This document shows positions 63,141 through 64,000 of a stretch of 64,000 nt of DNA, piece by piece. The stretch is from the NCBI GenBank assembly GCA_965112155.1, contig OZ218101.1. The stretch is one strand, 5' to 3'. The translations under genes were made by a program, and so were the position numbers. Origin of the DNA: Podarcis liolepis (taxonomy: Eukaryota). The notes under the pieces are model-generated. The model was not told where the DNA came from and ran no database searches. It saw only the letters and a program-made list of their open reading frames with translations. Every line of letters starts with the position of its first letter. Positions within the stretch are counted from its first letter, which is position 1.

Positions 63141-64000
63141 ATTCCCCCCCCCCTACTACACGTTTAAAGGGGCATGAGATGTCAATCGGCCAAAGTCTGT
63201 GTCTGTTGGAATTGTTTTTAGAAGTTTTAATGGTTTTATCATTTATGTGTTTGCTACCCTGGGCTCCTTTGGGAGGAAGGGTGGAACATAAATTCAGTCA
63301 CCATCATAATCTCCATCACCACCACCACCACCACCTAGGATGCCAGTTGTATTATTTCTTTACAAAGAAGAAGGGATGGTTGAAAGTAAATGGCTTTGAC
63401 ATAGAGGAAACATGAGTGGACTTTGTATCTGCTGGGAATGGAGTGGCCGTCTTTGTAATGAGATGAGAGGAGGGTTGTTATAAAAAGTTTTCATGTTCTT
63501 TCTTATTATGATGCAGCCAATTTAATACCAAATCTTAATAATATAATGGGGGGGAGGATTTCTAAAGCATTTTTAATTCCAGAATTGTTTTCAAGTGCTC
63601 GGGAGGTAAAATTAAACCACTGTAATGGGTTTTCAGTCTCACATTGAAAAAAATGGCTTCATGGCCATACTATGGAGCTTTGAAGTCTTATTGCCGCTCA
63701 ATTCATGACTTTAAAGGCCCTAGTACAGCAGCCACTTAAATGTTACATTAAATTGCTACCCATGGCGAAGCAACTACAGTATAATGGCTCACCACCTAGA
63801 CCAAAAGCTTTATTCATGAAGCTGCAGATCAGGAAACATCTGAAGGCACATGGGGGAAATCACCTGATCCAATGAGGTGAACTGGTGCCTGATCAGCTGT
63901 CCATGCGGTGACCGCTGCCATGTGGAATAGTTTAAATAAGATTGTAATGAAAACATACCAAACCATATATTACATTAAAAGAAATGTGTTGACCTTCAAG

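Overview
Eukaryotic, AT-rich (~42% GC by eye), CpG-depleted non-coding DNA from a squamate reptile, most likely a lacertid lizard. This is inferred from seven Sauria SINE copies plus CR1, L2, L1 and BovB fragments and lizard-type hAT and Tc1/mariner MITEs. I found no host protein-coding gene I can name, no rRNA/tRNA gene and no CRISPR array. Nearly all ORFs in the track are spurious or lie in repeats; the only clearly protein-like ones are a CR1 ORF2 C-terminus (53787-54431) and an L1-clade ORF2 C-terminus (~35917-36213, minus). The window reads as intergenic or intronic DNA with a dense record of insertions, many with target-site duplications (TSDs) readable directly. Best observations: two solo LTRs with perfect 5-bp TSDs, one a compact promoter cassette (CTCF-like, octamer, CCAAT, TATA, polyA); tandem Sauria SINEs sharing a triplicated target; an L1 with a 31-bp duplication nested in a hAT MITE; 5S-rRNA-like SINE segments with two different tails; an unclassified 690-bp LTR-like element; and a few orphan splice-signal and enhancer-like blocks. 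I cannot support a new biological system from sequence alone; the findings are leads.
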